A DNA stretch of 63,412 bases from Girardia tigrina (GCA_001938485.1 MQRK01218860.1:1-63412), one strand, 5' to 3'; shown: positions 26,030 to 37,700, counted from the stretch's first letter. Notes: generated from the sequence alone by a model not told the origin. Translations and numbers: made by a program.

Positions 26030-26352
26030 GTCTAATCTCAGTCTGTCTATGATGGACTTAGAGTAACCGTTATTATTCATATTCAAGTGTAACAATACTT
26101 TTAATAGATTTTCAAAACGTAGAAGAAAGAGACCAAGAGCGATATAACAAACCTTTGATCATATTCCTTTTATATTTAAACGGTGTAACCGTCGAAATAT
26201 ATTATCAAAAAATATATTTTTAAATGGCGTTTATTTGTTTTTCTTTCCATAAATCATTTTTTCAGCCATCGAATTTAATTAATTAATTTATTAGGTTCAA
26301 TAATTTTTTATTTTATTATCTCTAACTTTTATTTCATATTTGATGATTTCAG

Positions 26353-26480
26353 ATTGTTGTTTATGCATATCAACTGATAATATTTTAATGGATCGAAAGG
26401 GGAAAATTTTAATAAATTTTTCTTCTGAACTCTGTTTCGAATGCGGCAAAGAAAAATTGGATTTGAATAATAGCGATATT
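26353..26480 (+). CDS. KIND-domain protein, KIND2 middle exon
   Basis: Acceptor TTTCAG, phase 1 in: NCCLCISTDNILMDRKGKILINFSSE...SDI, resembling KNDC1 LCLDSVLVAEDGAVLF; phase 0 out. Confidence 0.72.
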
Positions 26481-26530
26481 GTACTTTTATAATTTTTCAA
26501 AGGCAAATAATTATCAGTTGATTTCAACAG

Positions 26531-26724
26531 AAATACGTAAACAAAATTGGTGCTATCGTATTTGAGATTGTGCGATCCGATCATCGTATTGTGATCTCCA
26601 ATTACGTTTGTTTGATACTACAGCGAATGATCGATTCCCAAGATATGATCATAAATGATGTTTTAACTTTTTGTAAGACTCACATCAACCATCAAGACAT
26701 GCGATGTTCTTCAATATTGATCAG
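26531..26724 (+). CDS. KIND-domain protein, KIND2 C-terminal exon
   Basis: After a 50-nt GT-AG intron: KYVNKIGAIVFEIV...VCLILQRMID...INDVLTFCKTHI (KIND C-terminal helices). Ends at a GC donor, AG|GCAAG. Confidence 0.7.
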
Positions 26725-26774
26725 GCAAGAGACATAATTTTTCCCTAATATTTTTCTATTTATTTTATTTATAG

Positions 26775-26802
26775 TTCAATTAATATAGCATTTGACAATT
26801 AG
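26775..26802 (+). CDS. KIND-domain protein, putative terminal exon
   Basis: After a 50-nt GC-AG intron (26725-26774): SSINIAFDN then TAG. Confidence 0.45.
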
Positions 26803-27639
26803 TTTGATAAATTTTCCTGTTTTATTTCTTTCACAAACTAATGCAAGTCTTAAAATATTTTTTAGTGTTTTTTCCACTTTATCTAACATCTATTCCACTA
26901 ATTAAAATTTTGTTTATATTAAATAAGCCCTTGGCATCGGCTATTATACAACTTGAGAGAAGATTCGTACATTTCACTGCACTTTGTGTTCAGATAACAT
27001 TTGGGAATTTCCAAACATTCGGTTGAATAATAAAAATATAAATATTCACACTTTTTTTAACTTAGAAGTTATTCATTTTAGTACTGGGAAGATTAGATTT
27101 ATTAGGAATAAATAAATATTTCTATCATTATTTTAATTTTTATTATTGATAACATTATTAATAATTATAATATTATTGTTGTTAAATGCACTGATACAAT
27201 TATTATTAAAACATTTATTATCAATTATTTTTTACAATTAGAGTTATCCCCAAGATGACTCACAAAAGATTCTACACCATTTGTCATCATTCTAATTAGA
27301 GTTATTTCTAGATTTTTTAATGATGATTATTCAAACAAAATTCTAAATAAAATTTATTATTTATTTAATTTGAAAATACAATTACATTACAAGAAATGCG
27401 TAATTTGTTTTAATTTATTTGAAAAATATTTCATTTAAATTATAAAAATTAATTAAAAATAATTTATCGTAACTAATTACTCTAAATTTAAATTTTATTG
27501 GATTATAAAATTTTCATTAATTTAAAAATGTCAATTCTGTTCGAATGATCAGTTATCGCAAATACAATAAAGCACCTATTTTCCAACTTTTTGGAGAATC
27601 ATAATTCCAATCTCAACACACTCAAATAATCACACCACA

Positions 27640-29950
27640 TTCATGCAAAATGCTCCAGTCGCGTATCAAAAGAGTGCAATTCACGTATCCTTCTTGTTTC
27701 AAAGCTTTTGCGGAACAGAAGGAACTAAGAAGACACATAAAAAACGTGCATACGGTCAAGACGCCGCAGCGTCAGATTGGTGACAAACCTTTCCCATGGA
27801 AAATTGTCACAAGACATATAAAACGGATGGATGGTTAAAGAGACATTTATTGATCGATCACCGAACCCAAGGCAGTATCAGTGGTACTAGTGCTTCACAA
27901 AATAACGCAGATGAAGGATGTAAAAAATCTTTGAACCGGATTGCGATGCATTATGTGTCTGTGCCCCTAGACGGTATCGCGGAGACGGACCCAGGAGTGA
28001 TTCCAAGGGTGGTTATCGGCTTTCGGTTAAGTAATACAAATGATGTGGGGATATTTCGGTGTCCCTTTACTCATTGTACGAAACATGTTTACACAGCCAA
28101 AGGTCTACAGAATCACGGTACGAGGGATCATGACTGGGCCTTTCTGATTGGGAAACCGAAGCGTGCCCGTGCACTGAAAGCTCGCATTCTTGCATCTAAA
28201 GCCGTGCGAGAAAGTCAGTAGGCTCTATATTGTCTATTTTTGTTTTTTACCCGATACAGAGTCTATGACTCACTACCCTGTGCGCCAAGGCTGGTACTGT
28301 AGTCTCTACAATACTCAGTTATCCATTCAGTCGGGGGAGGCTTATATACACGGTGTACCAAAAAATAACATTTTTTGAATTAGAATGCCCTACATATTTT
28401 TGAATTTTTCGAAAATAGACTTAATTCTAAAAAATTTCCCTCTATAGACCATATGTATATATTCAATTGTTGTCGAACTACAGACAGCTGAATATCATAA
28501 TATTGTTAATAAATAGAGTAATGTAAGAATTTTGATTACCGACTGTGTAGAACGTTAATGATAGAGCAAACTTATTTTATTTTTCTGTCTTATTTTTTAA
28601 AGGTTATTTCACTATAAAACTACAACTCAAAGTGAGGTAAGTACCGCATAAAGGACTTAACTCAATTTTCAAAGTTTATTGTACGGATATTACATTGTGA
28701 TCAGAGAACACTAATTGTTTTGTATACCAGTTATTGGCATTTGTGTTGAATAATTACAAATAAGATATTACCTTAAGGTAAGTATTTATATTTCTTTAAA
28801 ATAGACAATTTTCTTAATTAGTTTAATAATCATAATTATTCTTTAGAATTTGCGATCATCCACCAAGTCAAACTATTTAGAAATTATTTTTTTACCAATT
28901 AATGAAGTTTAATATTATAAAACTGTCAAAGAATATTAATTCAATTTTTTATTAAGATATCTTTATATTTGTATAAATTATTTAAAGGTGTATGAGTGTA
29001 GATGCGTCGTCATTTTGTAAAAATTAGTTTTCTATATTTTAATAAAAATCAATATTTTACTCCTCGGGAATTAACAAACTACGCGCATTACGTCAAGAAA
29101 AAGTCAGATTTTAAGAACAACCTGCATGTCGAACTCCGACAACTACTGAAACAAATATGCGACACAGTCAAGAACTCCTCCAACGATTACTTGTATGCAG
29201 ATAAGGATCTTGGAGGACTTGGACTGGTTTCAGCAACAGACAAATATGCAATGCAATCGATAGTGCAAGCATTTTGAAATCTCACTTGTTCGGAATCGAC
29301 ATCTCAGGACTTAACATTAATTAATTTAGCAAAAACTCTATATATGAACAACAAAACAAATAGAGATTGGACACTCTCTGATTGACTAGAGTGCTTAAAT
29401 CAAGGCGACAAAGAGAACGGATACAAATCGTGGTGGACAAAGATTCGCAACTAAGTTACATATCGCGATTCTATTGGGTTGCGAGCAAGATTCACCATTA
29501 ACGAACTTGGAATCTGTTTAAAGATCAGCACGAATACCGAGTTGGTTTTGGTTTCTAAAACTCACATCCACTCAATCTCCTCGCAGCTCCATTGTTTGTA
29601 TGCAAAACTAAAATTCACAAAGTGGAGCAAAAAAAATCGCAGGAATATCTGCAGTTGCGATTGCAGACAACAAGGATAGTATTGATGTCATATACAGGGA
29701 AAACATTACAAACGAAAAATGACGATTCCTTTAATGTGCATGAAAAAAACAGTCTCCCAAATAATTACAAACCCAGAAAATCCCACAATGAAACACTGTA
29801 CCGAGCGTGCGGCAAAGGTACAGCGACACTGATACATATCGATGTAGACAGGGAAGGGGAGAGTAATGCACTCCAAAAAGCAACTCTAGCTTGGAGTGTT
29901 CGCCTGTTTTTCGAGGATAACGATAGGTATTCCGAATAGTAATGTTGTTT
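27640..29950 (+). mobile_element. degenerate RLE-type (NeSL/R2-like) non-LTR retrotransposon pieces
   Basis: N-terminal C2H2 fingers (SCFKAF...LRRHIKNVH; CHKTY...LKRHLLIDH; CPFTHC...HGTRDH). Post-RT segment YLYADKDLGGLGL...QSIVQAF is homologous to 62760-62850. Degenerate CCHC YRACGKGTATLIHI. Interrupted by unrelated AT-rich DNA at ~28345-29050. Confidence 0.6.
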
Positions 29951-30649
29951 TTATTTATCAAAAAATTACCCACCAGGCTTGTCTCCTGAATCCGCCCTTG
30001 CCAGAAAATTAATATTTTTTTGAAAATTTCTCTTTATAAAGATTTAATCAAAAAAACTATAAAAAATAAGGAATTTTAAAATGTATTTTTTTCGAAAATA
30101 CCACATTTTCATAAAGTTGTGACAAATAGAAAAAGTTTATAATCATCTTTCAAGAATAATCGTAAATCTGTTTTTTGAAAATAAATGACCAATTAATCAT
30201 TTTGATTCATATATTGTCACTGGGATTTCACATTTAGACAAAATCAGCTCAATCGGACCATGGTAAGTGGATGAAAAATCATTTGCCAGATTTGCTACAA
30301 ACATACAAATATACCAATTTGATTAAAGCTTCTTTTATATAATTATTGAATATGTTTCAATGTCACATACATCATCATCAGCAATTTTTGAAAATTTAAT
30401 ATTTGCATATTTGAATATAAATGATTTTTGAATATAAAATTTTCGAACAACCAAATATTCGGCTTTTGTGTTGATGTTAAGGTTGACGGAAATGAATGGT
30501 ATAGCATCGTGTAGTATTTATTCTATTTGATATTATTGTATGATATCCATTTATCATCCTGATGTAAAAAAAATTTCTCATCTTATGTAAAAAACCATGC
30601 CTTTGTTACCCTTGAATCAGCTGCTTGCAAAACAAATGAATTTGAATAT

Positions 30650-30773
30650 TGTAGCGACAACGAAAATAAAATTTTTATTAAATCAAAAAAACTCGCTTTC
30701 AATATTTCTGCCAAACATTAGTTCACTTAAACAAACTGTTTTTTGCATCACAAATAATTAACTCTATACAACA
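30650..30773 (-). repeat. 3' LTR
   Basis: TGTAG...TACAACA; aligns with 34358-34491. Confidence 0.85.
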
Positions 30774-33653
30774 TCCCCACCAGATTCGTCAGAACACGAA
30801 TCNNNNNNNNNNNNNNNNNNNNNNNNNNNNNNNNNNNNNNNNNNNNNNNNNNNNNNNNNNNNNNNNNNNNNNNNNNNNNNNNNNNNNNNNNNNNNNNNNN
30901 NNNNNNNNNNNNNNNNNNNCGTTCTCCGGCTCAACTCTCCTCGGCCGTAAATCACCGACATGCCGAGGGAAACTCGATCCATTGCATTCCACTAAATATT
31001 TACAGTTCGAAAGTTCTTTCAAAATCTGACCTTTTAACCATTGCTGCGTGTAACTTATACTACTCATTGGTTTCACCCAAACTAACTGATGATCACAATA
31101 CTTCGCACCTTTCTTCCTCATTTCGAACTTATTGTCGCTTTCGCNNNNNNNNNNNNNNNNNNNNNNNNNNNNNNNNNNNNNNNNNNNNNNNNNNNNNNNN
31201 NNNNNNNNNNNNNNNNNNNNNNNNNNNNNNNNNNNNNNNNNNNNNNNNNNNNNNNNNNNNNNNNNNNNNNNNNNNNNNNNNNNNNNNNNNNNNNNNNNNN
31301 NNNNNNNNNNNNNNNNNNGGTTGATTGCACGATAAATTACCTCGACTCTCCAACCGTTGCAAAGTTCTATAAAATCGTTTGAATAAAAAGTCGTATAATT
31401 ATCCACAATCAGTTCTCTGGGCGCTCCGCACTCCAAAAACACAGAACTTACTGCCGCGGTGATAGAAAGTGAACTTTCATCCCGAATTTCTTTCCATATC
31501 GCAAATCTGGATGGTCCGCAATCGATGAAGCTTAAATACTTATCTCCATTGAATTTGGTGACATATATTACTAATCTTTGCCAGGTCTCCCTAACAGATA
31601 AACCACCGCGATCCCATCTAACCGGTGCGGGATCAATTGACTGGCATTTCTGGCACTTCGCAATCATGTTCGAAATATCTTTATCTGTGACATTAATATT
31701 TTCAATTTTGCAAAGGAACTTCATTCTTTTTGTTCCCAAGTGGCACTTCAAATGAAGATCGTTCAGTCTTTCAATTTCACTCGCCAAAGCGACACCGCAT
31801 ACACTTTTAGTCAGCTCCTTCGGAATTCTCATCAGTACATCTGCTTTATTCAGCTTGCTTGGCACAAACTCTATTCTAATGGTTAAATTAAAATCATCGC
31901 AAATTTCTTTAATAATGGATAACCGCCGTCTGATGAGCAATTCTGAAAAAGCACTCGTGTTTAGTCGAGACTTACTTGTTAAAACGTCATTCACCCAGGC
32001 AACCATAGATTTGTTATCACACTTCACTGTGATGTCTGTCATACACCATTTCACGCATAAATTCAACCCCCTAACAACCGCTTCCAACTCCACAATATTG
32101 ATGTGCCGTGAATCGTCCTTTTTCCTTAACCAAGATCCATCCTCGATGATTTTACGATTAACTTCCAGCAAAACCCCCAACGCAATTAAACTAGCATCGC
32201 ACCACAGAGTACACGTTTTGCATTCTCCAATGCTCCACGTGCCTCGACAAGGGTCATTTTCTGCAACTCTTTCCAAGATCCATTTCATCTTCTCCATCAT
32301 CGACATGTCCACTGGTGAGTCCCAATCACCCTCCGATGCTCGTTTGAGATGAGAACATGCCAATCGTAACCATAACGCCACAGGGTAGATGTCAGTAAGT
32401 TGTCCGCATAGAGAATAAAGCTGTCGCCGTGACATCGGTTCAGATAAATCTTCGACGCGAATCCGATTCGCGTTCCCGTTGATGTTGTTGACTTCCAATC
32501 CAAGCACTCTCACTTTTGTGTCACGATTAACACGTTCAGGTTGTTTGCACTCTAACCCAAAACTCCTGAATAGATGCTTTACTTCTTCAGCACTAACTAT
32601 CGTTTCATCGACAAAAATATCGTCGGCATAGGAACCCGTGGCGACGTTATTCCTTTGGTCAAAAGACAACACCTTTCTAACAATTTCCGACATAATTGTA
32701 GGAGCGATATTCAAACGGAATCCCATACGCGTCAACGCGAACTTCTTTCCGTTGATCGTACACGACTGAAACCGCCACATTGCTTGATGTACACGGATTT
32801 ACATGTAAGCATCGGATAGATCCAGAATTGCGAATTTATTGCTCTTCCTTTTCCACTCCCAAAGTATTTCCACACAAGCATCGGAACACCCACTGTAAAC
32901 ATCGATGTTCTTGTTCACTTCTCTAAAGTCGTACACGGGTCTTATTTTCTCTTTATTCAACTGGGCTATACCATAGATAAGAATCGATCCCACTGACGCG
33001 CCCATCTTCTCATCATCATATTCGACTAAATACCCCTTCTCTATCCACTTGATCAGAATATCCATCGTTGATTTGTCTTTCGACTTTGACTCCTTCAAAA
33101 CTGTATTTCTCGGCAAGTACTCAGGCGCATCCGATTTCAAACTCCAGGAAACAGTCCACACTTTATCGAATCGAATATTGAAATTATACTTATTCATATC
33201 TCCGCTTTCGGTGATAGCTGCCTCTGATGAATCACCTCTCTCACCAGACATACAAAAACTTGCTGAACCAGTGTCCACCCCAAATTTCACGCGGTCGTTA
33301 TTGAGCGTCACCCCGCCTAATTTCTCGATCATGTCAACACCCAATAACACATCAAAATTTTCGGGCAACCTGTTCATAACTGTACAATTTAAAGTTACTT
33401 TTTTATCCTTCACGTCAAATACAACGGCACACGTGCCTACTGGCACCCGCAACCCGTTGGCTAACGTGACGTTTTCCTGCTGCTGCTGTATTGATTCTTC
33501 ATCCACAAGACATCTTTTCACAACCGAACGAGAGCATCCGGTATCCACTAACACTCTACAGCTTTTTCCGTTCACAACGCATCGAATCACCGGAAGCGCC
33601 TTTAATCCCCACGAGAAGCCGTTGGCGCTGACGACCCCTCGCTCGCATTTTCC
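30764..33653 (-). pseudogene. pol: pol polyprotein (protease, RT, RNase H, integrase) with one nonsense codon at 32799-32801
   Basis: LVDTGCS (protease); LDLSDAY, LTRMGF and SYADD (RT); WCDAS, HINIVELEAV and NKADVL (RNase H); H..H...C..C and IVDN (integrase). ORFs 32799-33701 and 30789-32780 share a frame. Confidence 0.88.
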
Positions 33654-34345
33654 GCTCTGCAAAATCTCGCAATATGTCCTTTTCGATGACATTTGAAACA
33701 TATCATGTTACTCCTTTGGGAAAAATTTTTAGAGCGACCCTCGTCCGCATTTCGACGACCCGTATCGACGCCCTCACCTGACTTATTAAAACGGTGGTCG
33801 TCGCGGACGCTGCCGCCATCTGCTCCTTTCAAATGATTGGATCTGTCTAAATCATTTAAACTCACCATCGACGTATTACACATGCTCTGCATGATACTCA
33901 TATATGTTCGGCTTACTTCCACAATTTCGTGCCATTCTCGTCTCTCGATTTCCAACGCAATCTCCGATGGCAATCCAGCTAGAAATGCGGCAATCTCTAG
34001 GCTCTTCACCGTCTTCGCTAACTTCGACACTTCCGCGGCATACTCATCGATGGTGTGATAATCTGAATATTTAATATTCTGTAATCTGCAATACGCCTCC
34101 CGCGGTCGTACGCCAAACGCCAAATTCATCACACGGAACACTTCCTCAATGTTCCTTTGCTGCTTCTCCGACATCTCCATATAAACGCTAAGTGTCGGTC
34201 CGGTCAACAAAAACGGGAATAGCATGGCGGCGTCCTTAATCTGTTGCATCGATGTCAGCAGAACGAATTGTTTCCTCCATAGTTCCCATGATTTCTGCCC
34301 ATCGAACTTCTCGAGACAGTCGAGAATTACTTTTACGTTTGACAT
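33602..34345 (-). CDS. gag: gag with CCHC zinc knuckle
   Basis: ATG at 34345, 12 nt after the LTR; EKFDG...WELW..QF motif; CFKCHRKGHIARFC knuckle. Confidence 0.88.
   Translation of the reverse strand: MSNVKVILDCLEKFDGQKSWELWRKQFVLLTSMQQIKDAAMLFPFLLTGPTLSVYMEMSEKQQRNIEEVFRVMNLAFGVRPREAYCRLQNIKYSDYHTIDEYAAEVSKLAKTVKSLEIAAFLAGLPSEIALEIERREWHEIVEVSRTYMSIMQSMCNTSMVSLNDLDRSNHLKGADGGSVRDDHRFNKSGEGVDTGRRNADEGRSKNFSQRSNMICFKCHRKGHIARFCRAENASEGSSAPTASRGD
33610..33653 (-). promoter_or_regulatory. candidate -1 ribosomal frameshift signal (gag-pol)
   Basis: G GAA AAT followed 5 nt later by the 11-bp stem CGAGGGGUCGU / ACGGCUUCUCG; pol is in the -1 frame relative to gag. Confidence 0.6.
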
Positions 34346-34357
34346 GCCCGGATAGCT
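34346..34357 (-). promoter_or_regulatory. primer-binding site complementary to the 5' 12 nt of tRNA-Lys(UUU)
   Basis: + strand GCCCGGATAGCT equals nt 1-12 of metazoan tRNA-Lys(UUU) and abuts the 5' LTR with no spacer. Confidence 0.7.
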
Positions 34358-34491
34358 TGTAGTGACGATAAGACCAACGACAATATATTTTTTAATTACA
34401 CAAGAATAACTCGATTTCAATAATTCTGCCAAAAGTTAGCTCATTCAAACAAAATCTCTTTTTACATCAAAATAATTAACTCTCTACAACA
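34358..34491 (-). repeat. 5' LTR
   Basis: TGTAG...TACAACA; aligns with 30650-30773. Confidence 0.85.
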
Positions 34492-34494
34492 ATC

Positions 34495-34770
34495 TAATTA
34501 AATGCTTTTCATTTCTTAAAAAATATTAAACTTAATTTAAATTGTTAATCGAATAGTCTACTCGGGTTAGGGTTGGAAAAATAAAATGAAATACATGTTG
34601 AAATGGTGTTGAAATCACGTTAATAAAAAGAATGGGAAAATTATAACATTGTAAATATACAAAACACCAATTTCCATCTGGATGGGAAAATCACCATTCT
34701 AAGATCAACATACAGCATCAATACATTCACACATTCAAACAATTTAAAATAGTCCTCACAATCTCTACTC
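34495..34770 (+). repeat. dispersed repeat, second copy at ~52515-52735
   Basis: Shared blocks AAATGCTTTTC...AAAAAATATTAAACTTAATTT and CATCTGGATG...CATACAGCATCAATACATTCACACATTCAAACAATTT. Confidence 0.75.
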
Positions 34771-37700
34771 TCTTTTAGAGTTCAGAACATTACTACTATT
34801 CATCAGGCAAGTTACCTTCAAGATATTTGCTGAATATATTCTTGTAATAAAAAATTTAATCCTATTTCATCACATCATTTGAAAAGGAAATGAAAGATCA
34901 ATTTGATGAAACACAAAAAATCCCTGTTTCTTCGATTTATTTTTGAATTTTTGATTTGATTTTTATTAGAATTTTATTTGTTATTTATCCATGAAAAAAA
35001 TTCACTATTTATTAATATTTAAATAAAAATATTTCTATTGTTTTTTGAACGTTTTCCTCACGTATTTTTTCAACAACTAGAAATAAAAAATTAATTATTT
35101 AAATGTTCTGGAGTTATAGATTTCGTGACATTTTCTCTAATATTTTTATGGGATTTAAATAATTAAATGGAATTTATATTTCCAAAACAGACACCACCAA
35201 GTACTTTTTTATAATTAATCATTCACAAACTTGAAATTTATTAAAACATGAAGTAGAAATAAATTTAAACTAATGTATAATTTTATCTGTGACTTGTATA
35301 ATCCTAAAAAATGTCTTTTTTATGGCGAGTCTTAGGATAACTTCAGTTCTTCATGGGTAATGGATTAATATTCGTCTTTAAATAGGTTGTGGTTGAGGGA
35401 TTGTGGAATCATTTTCTAAATTTTGCACGAATTTTATTATTTTTTTTGTCTGTAACATTTGCTTGTATAAGTTTTTTTTCATATATGTTGTGAGATATAA
35501 TTAATAACTTAATAATAATTTGTAAATAAACTAAATTAAATTAAAAATAATAATGGTTCAAGAATACTTTTAATAAAACTCACTATTTAGAATTTAGATA
35601 AATTAAAATGTCATTAAATATGACATATTTTAATGTTGTTTGAATAATCAAAAAAATAAGCGAGAATTTAATTTTGGATTATAAATAAATTTTAGAAGAG
35701 TATTTTCGTTATTCCTAACATATAACGAACTTTTGAACTTTTATTTTATAAGTTTGTTTTTAGGAATATTAAAGATTATTACTTCGGCGAAGAGAATGTT
35801 TGAAGTGTTCCAACATAGCATTGATATTTCGGTTCCACTCTAAAAAACTAGCATAATTATAAATTAAAAACCGTTAGGCTGGTAGTCTTTCAGTATCAAA
35901 TTGTTATAATTAAGTATGTTAGGGTTGATTCGACAGAATAGAAAATTTTTATTTTACAAAAGAAATTAGGAAGCGAAGAAAATTAACTAATTACTACACA
36001 ATATTCTGAAAATTAAATTATTACTTAAATCAATAAATTTATAAAACTATAAAAAGAAAATTATGAAGTCAAAGTTTATTGTTAACAAGAAAAGTTCTTC
36101 AGAAGATTTTGACACAATTAAATTAGGGTTTTGTTAAAAAAAGAATTAATTATTAACAGTCATTGCTGTTTTAATAAGCGACTAATGGTGATTGGAAGCG
36201 TGTAATAAAAGAACGCGTTTATTGTACAAATAAAGTTTTATCATCGATTTTGGTTTTATTGTTACTGAAGAAGATAAGGTGGTAATTTTTATTCCTTTTA
36301 ATTGGTTGTCGTTCTTTTATTCGGGCACATAAGTTCTAATTCTGTGTATATGATTGATGAACCCAGCGATTCTAACATATCATATTCATTTTAACAGTTT
36401 CTTCTTTCTATGACTTCTTCTTGTTATCGATTTTATTTGACATCGAATAAAATTCATGTTCCAATTAAAAAGAATTACACTTGTTGGGAGCGTTCATAAA
36501 ATATAAAATTTTTGTATTTTATCAAATTGTTAAACAAACAATTACATTCCGTAAAATATTGTTACAAATATGATAAAATAAGATTTTCAGAAATTTAATA
36601 TAAAAAATTAATTTAAGTAAGAAATAAAATAAATTTTATGGTAGGATTATTAAAAGATTTATTATAAAGTAAAAAAAGTTAATTTCAAATTTGATGAAAA
36701 TATTTATTTGAAATAAAATAAAAAGTAATTTAAGTGTGATATTTATTTGCGAAATAAAAGTAAACTAAACCATTTCGATAACTTTTAAATCAAAGTAAAT
36801 TTAAAATGTGGTTATAATTTTTTTTGTAAAATGTAATTATAATTTTTTAGGAAATTAAAATTGGAAGTAAAAAATAATTGTAGAACCATTAAATCGACCT
36901 AAATAAAAAATGGGATTTTAATTTTTCTTGAAAAAATGTAATTGAGAAACAGGAAAATTTAAATGTACCATAAAATTGAAAAATTAATAAAAGACGCAAC
37001 AAAATCTTTGTGACAAAATTTTAATTCACTATATTTTTATTTATATTGGTTGTGTAAAAAAGAAAGTACAAAAGTTCCTCAAAAATATTTGTTTAAAAAA
37101 TTCAAATTGTTATAGAAATAAATATTTGTGTTCATGATAATGTCTTTTGGACAAGAACCCAATAACACTCAATCAAGATTGATAGATATTCTAAATCCAT
37201 ATAAAGTCAAAATATTAAAAGTCCAACCGAAAACTTAGCGCAACTCAAAATCAACTTCTATTTCGGTCGTCTGAGTAACTTCATCAGAACTTGACACTCG
37301 ATTCTTTTTATAACAATCAGATTCAGCTCCATTGAATTACCGAACAATATTTGCTCAGCCGATATGAGTAAAACAATTTTAGTCGTTACTAGTGGTAAAT
37401 CTGACATAAAAATCAATATCTTCAATAATTCTTGTGCTCATCATTTAAAACAAATATTCTTGTACTTATTCTTAGATTATCATATTGCTCATATGAATCC
37501 AGATATTATTTATCCTAGTAAATTTTATTTTCAATAAAGAAATAAAAAATTAGATTTACATCTAAAAAACATATAAAATTACAAAAAATTGCAATAAAAC
37601 TTCAAAAGTTACACATACATATTTTTTGTACATTTTAAATTTTAATTTAATAATGTATGAAAATGGTGTGTAAAATTTTTATAATTACCAAATTCACAAA

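Larger units (their letters stand above)
24400..26240 (-). mobile_element. internally deleted Penelope-like element with an inverted pseudo-LTR piece, split by a MULE insertion
   Basis: Minus-strand KYKRNMIKGLLYRSWSLSS and NNNGYSKSII at 26040-26178. pLTR at 24400-24585 is homologous to 55766-55861 and 56250-56330. Inverted pLTR copy at 26180-26240. Confidence 0.7.
30650..34491 (-). mobile_element. compact Gypsy-like LTR retrotransposon (3.84 kb)
   Basis: Two short TG...CA LTRs, gag-PR-RT-RH-IN order, purine tract GGTGGGGA next to the 3' LTR, candidate TSD ATAT/ATCT. Confidence 0.92.

Noticed and set aside
25874-26095. ORF with repeated ATLPR/RGRLY peptides
   Set aside because: It is a read-through of a Penelope fragment into the MULE minisatellite TIR.
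31855-34058. Long + strand ORFs (31855-32352, 33049-33696, 33837-34058)
   Set aside because: They are antisense shadows of gag/pol with no independent motifs.
37255-37292. CTGATGA...GAAA on the minus strand as another hammerhead
   Set aside because: Stem II lacks a closing 10.1-11.1 pair and no stems I or III are evident.
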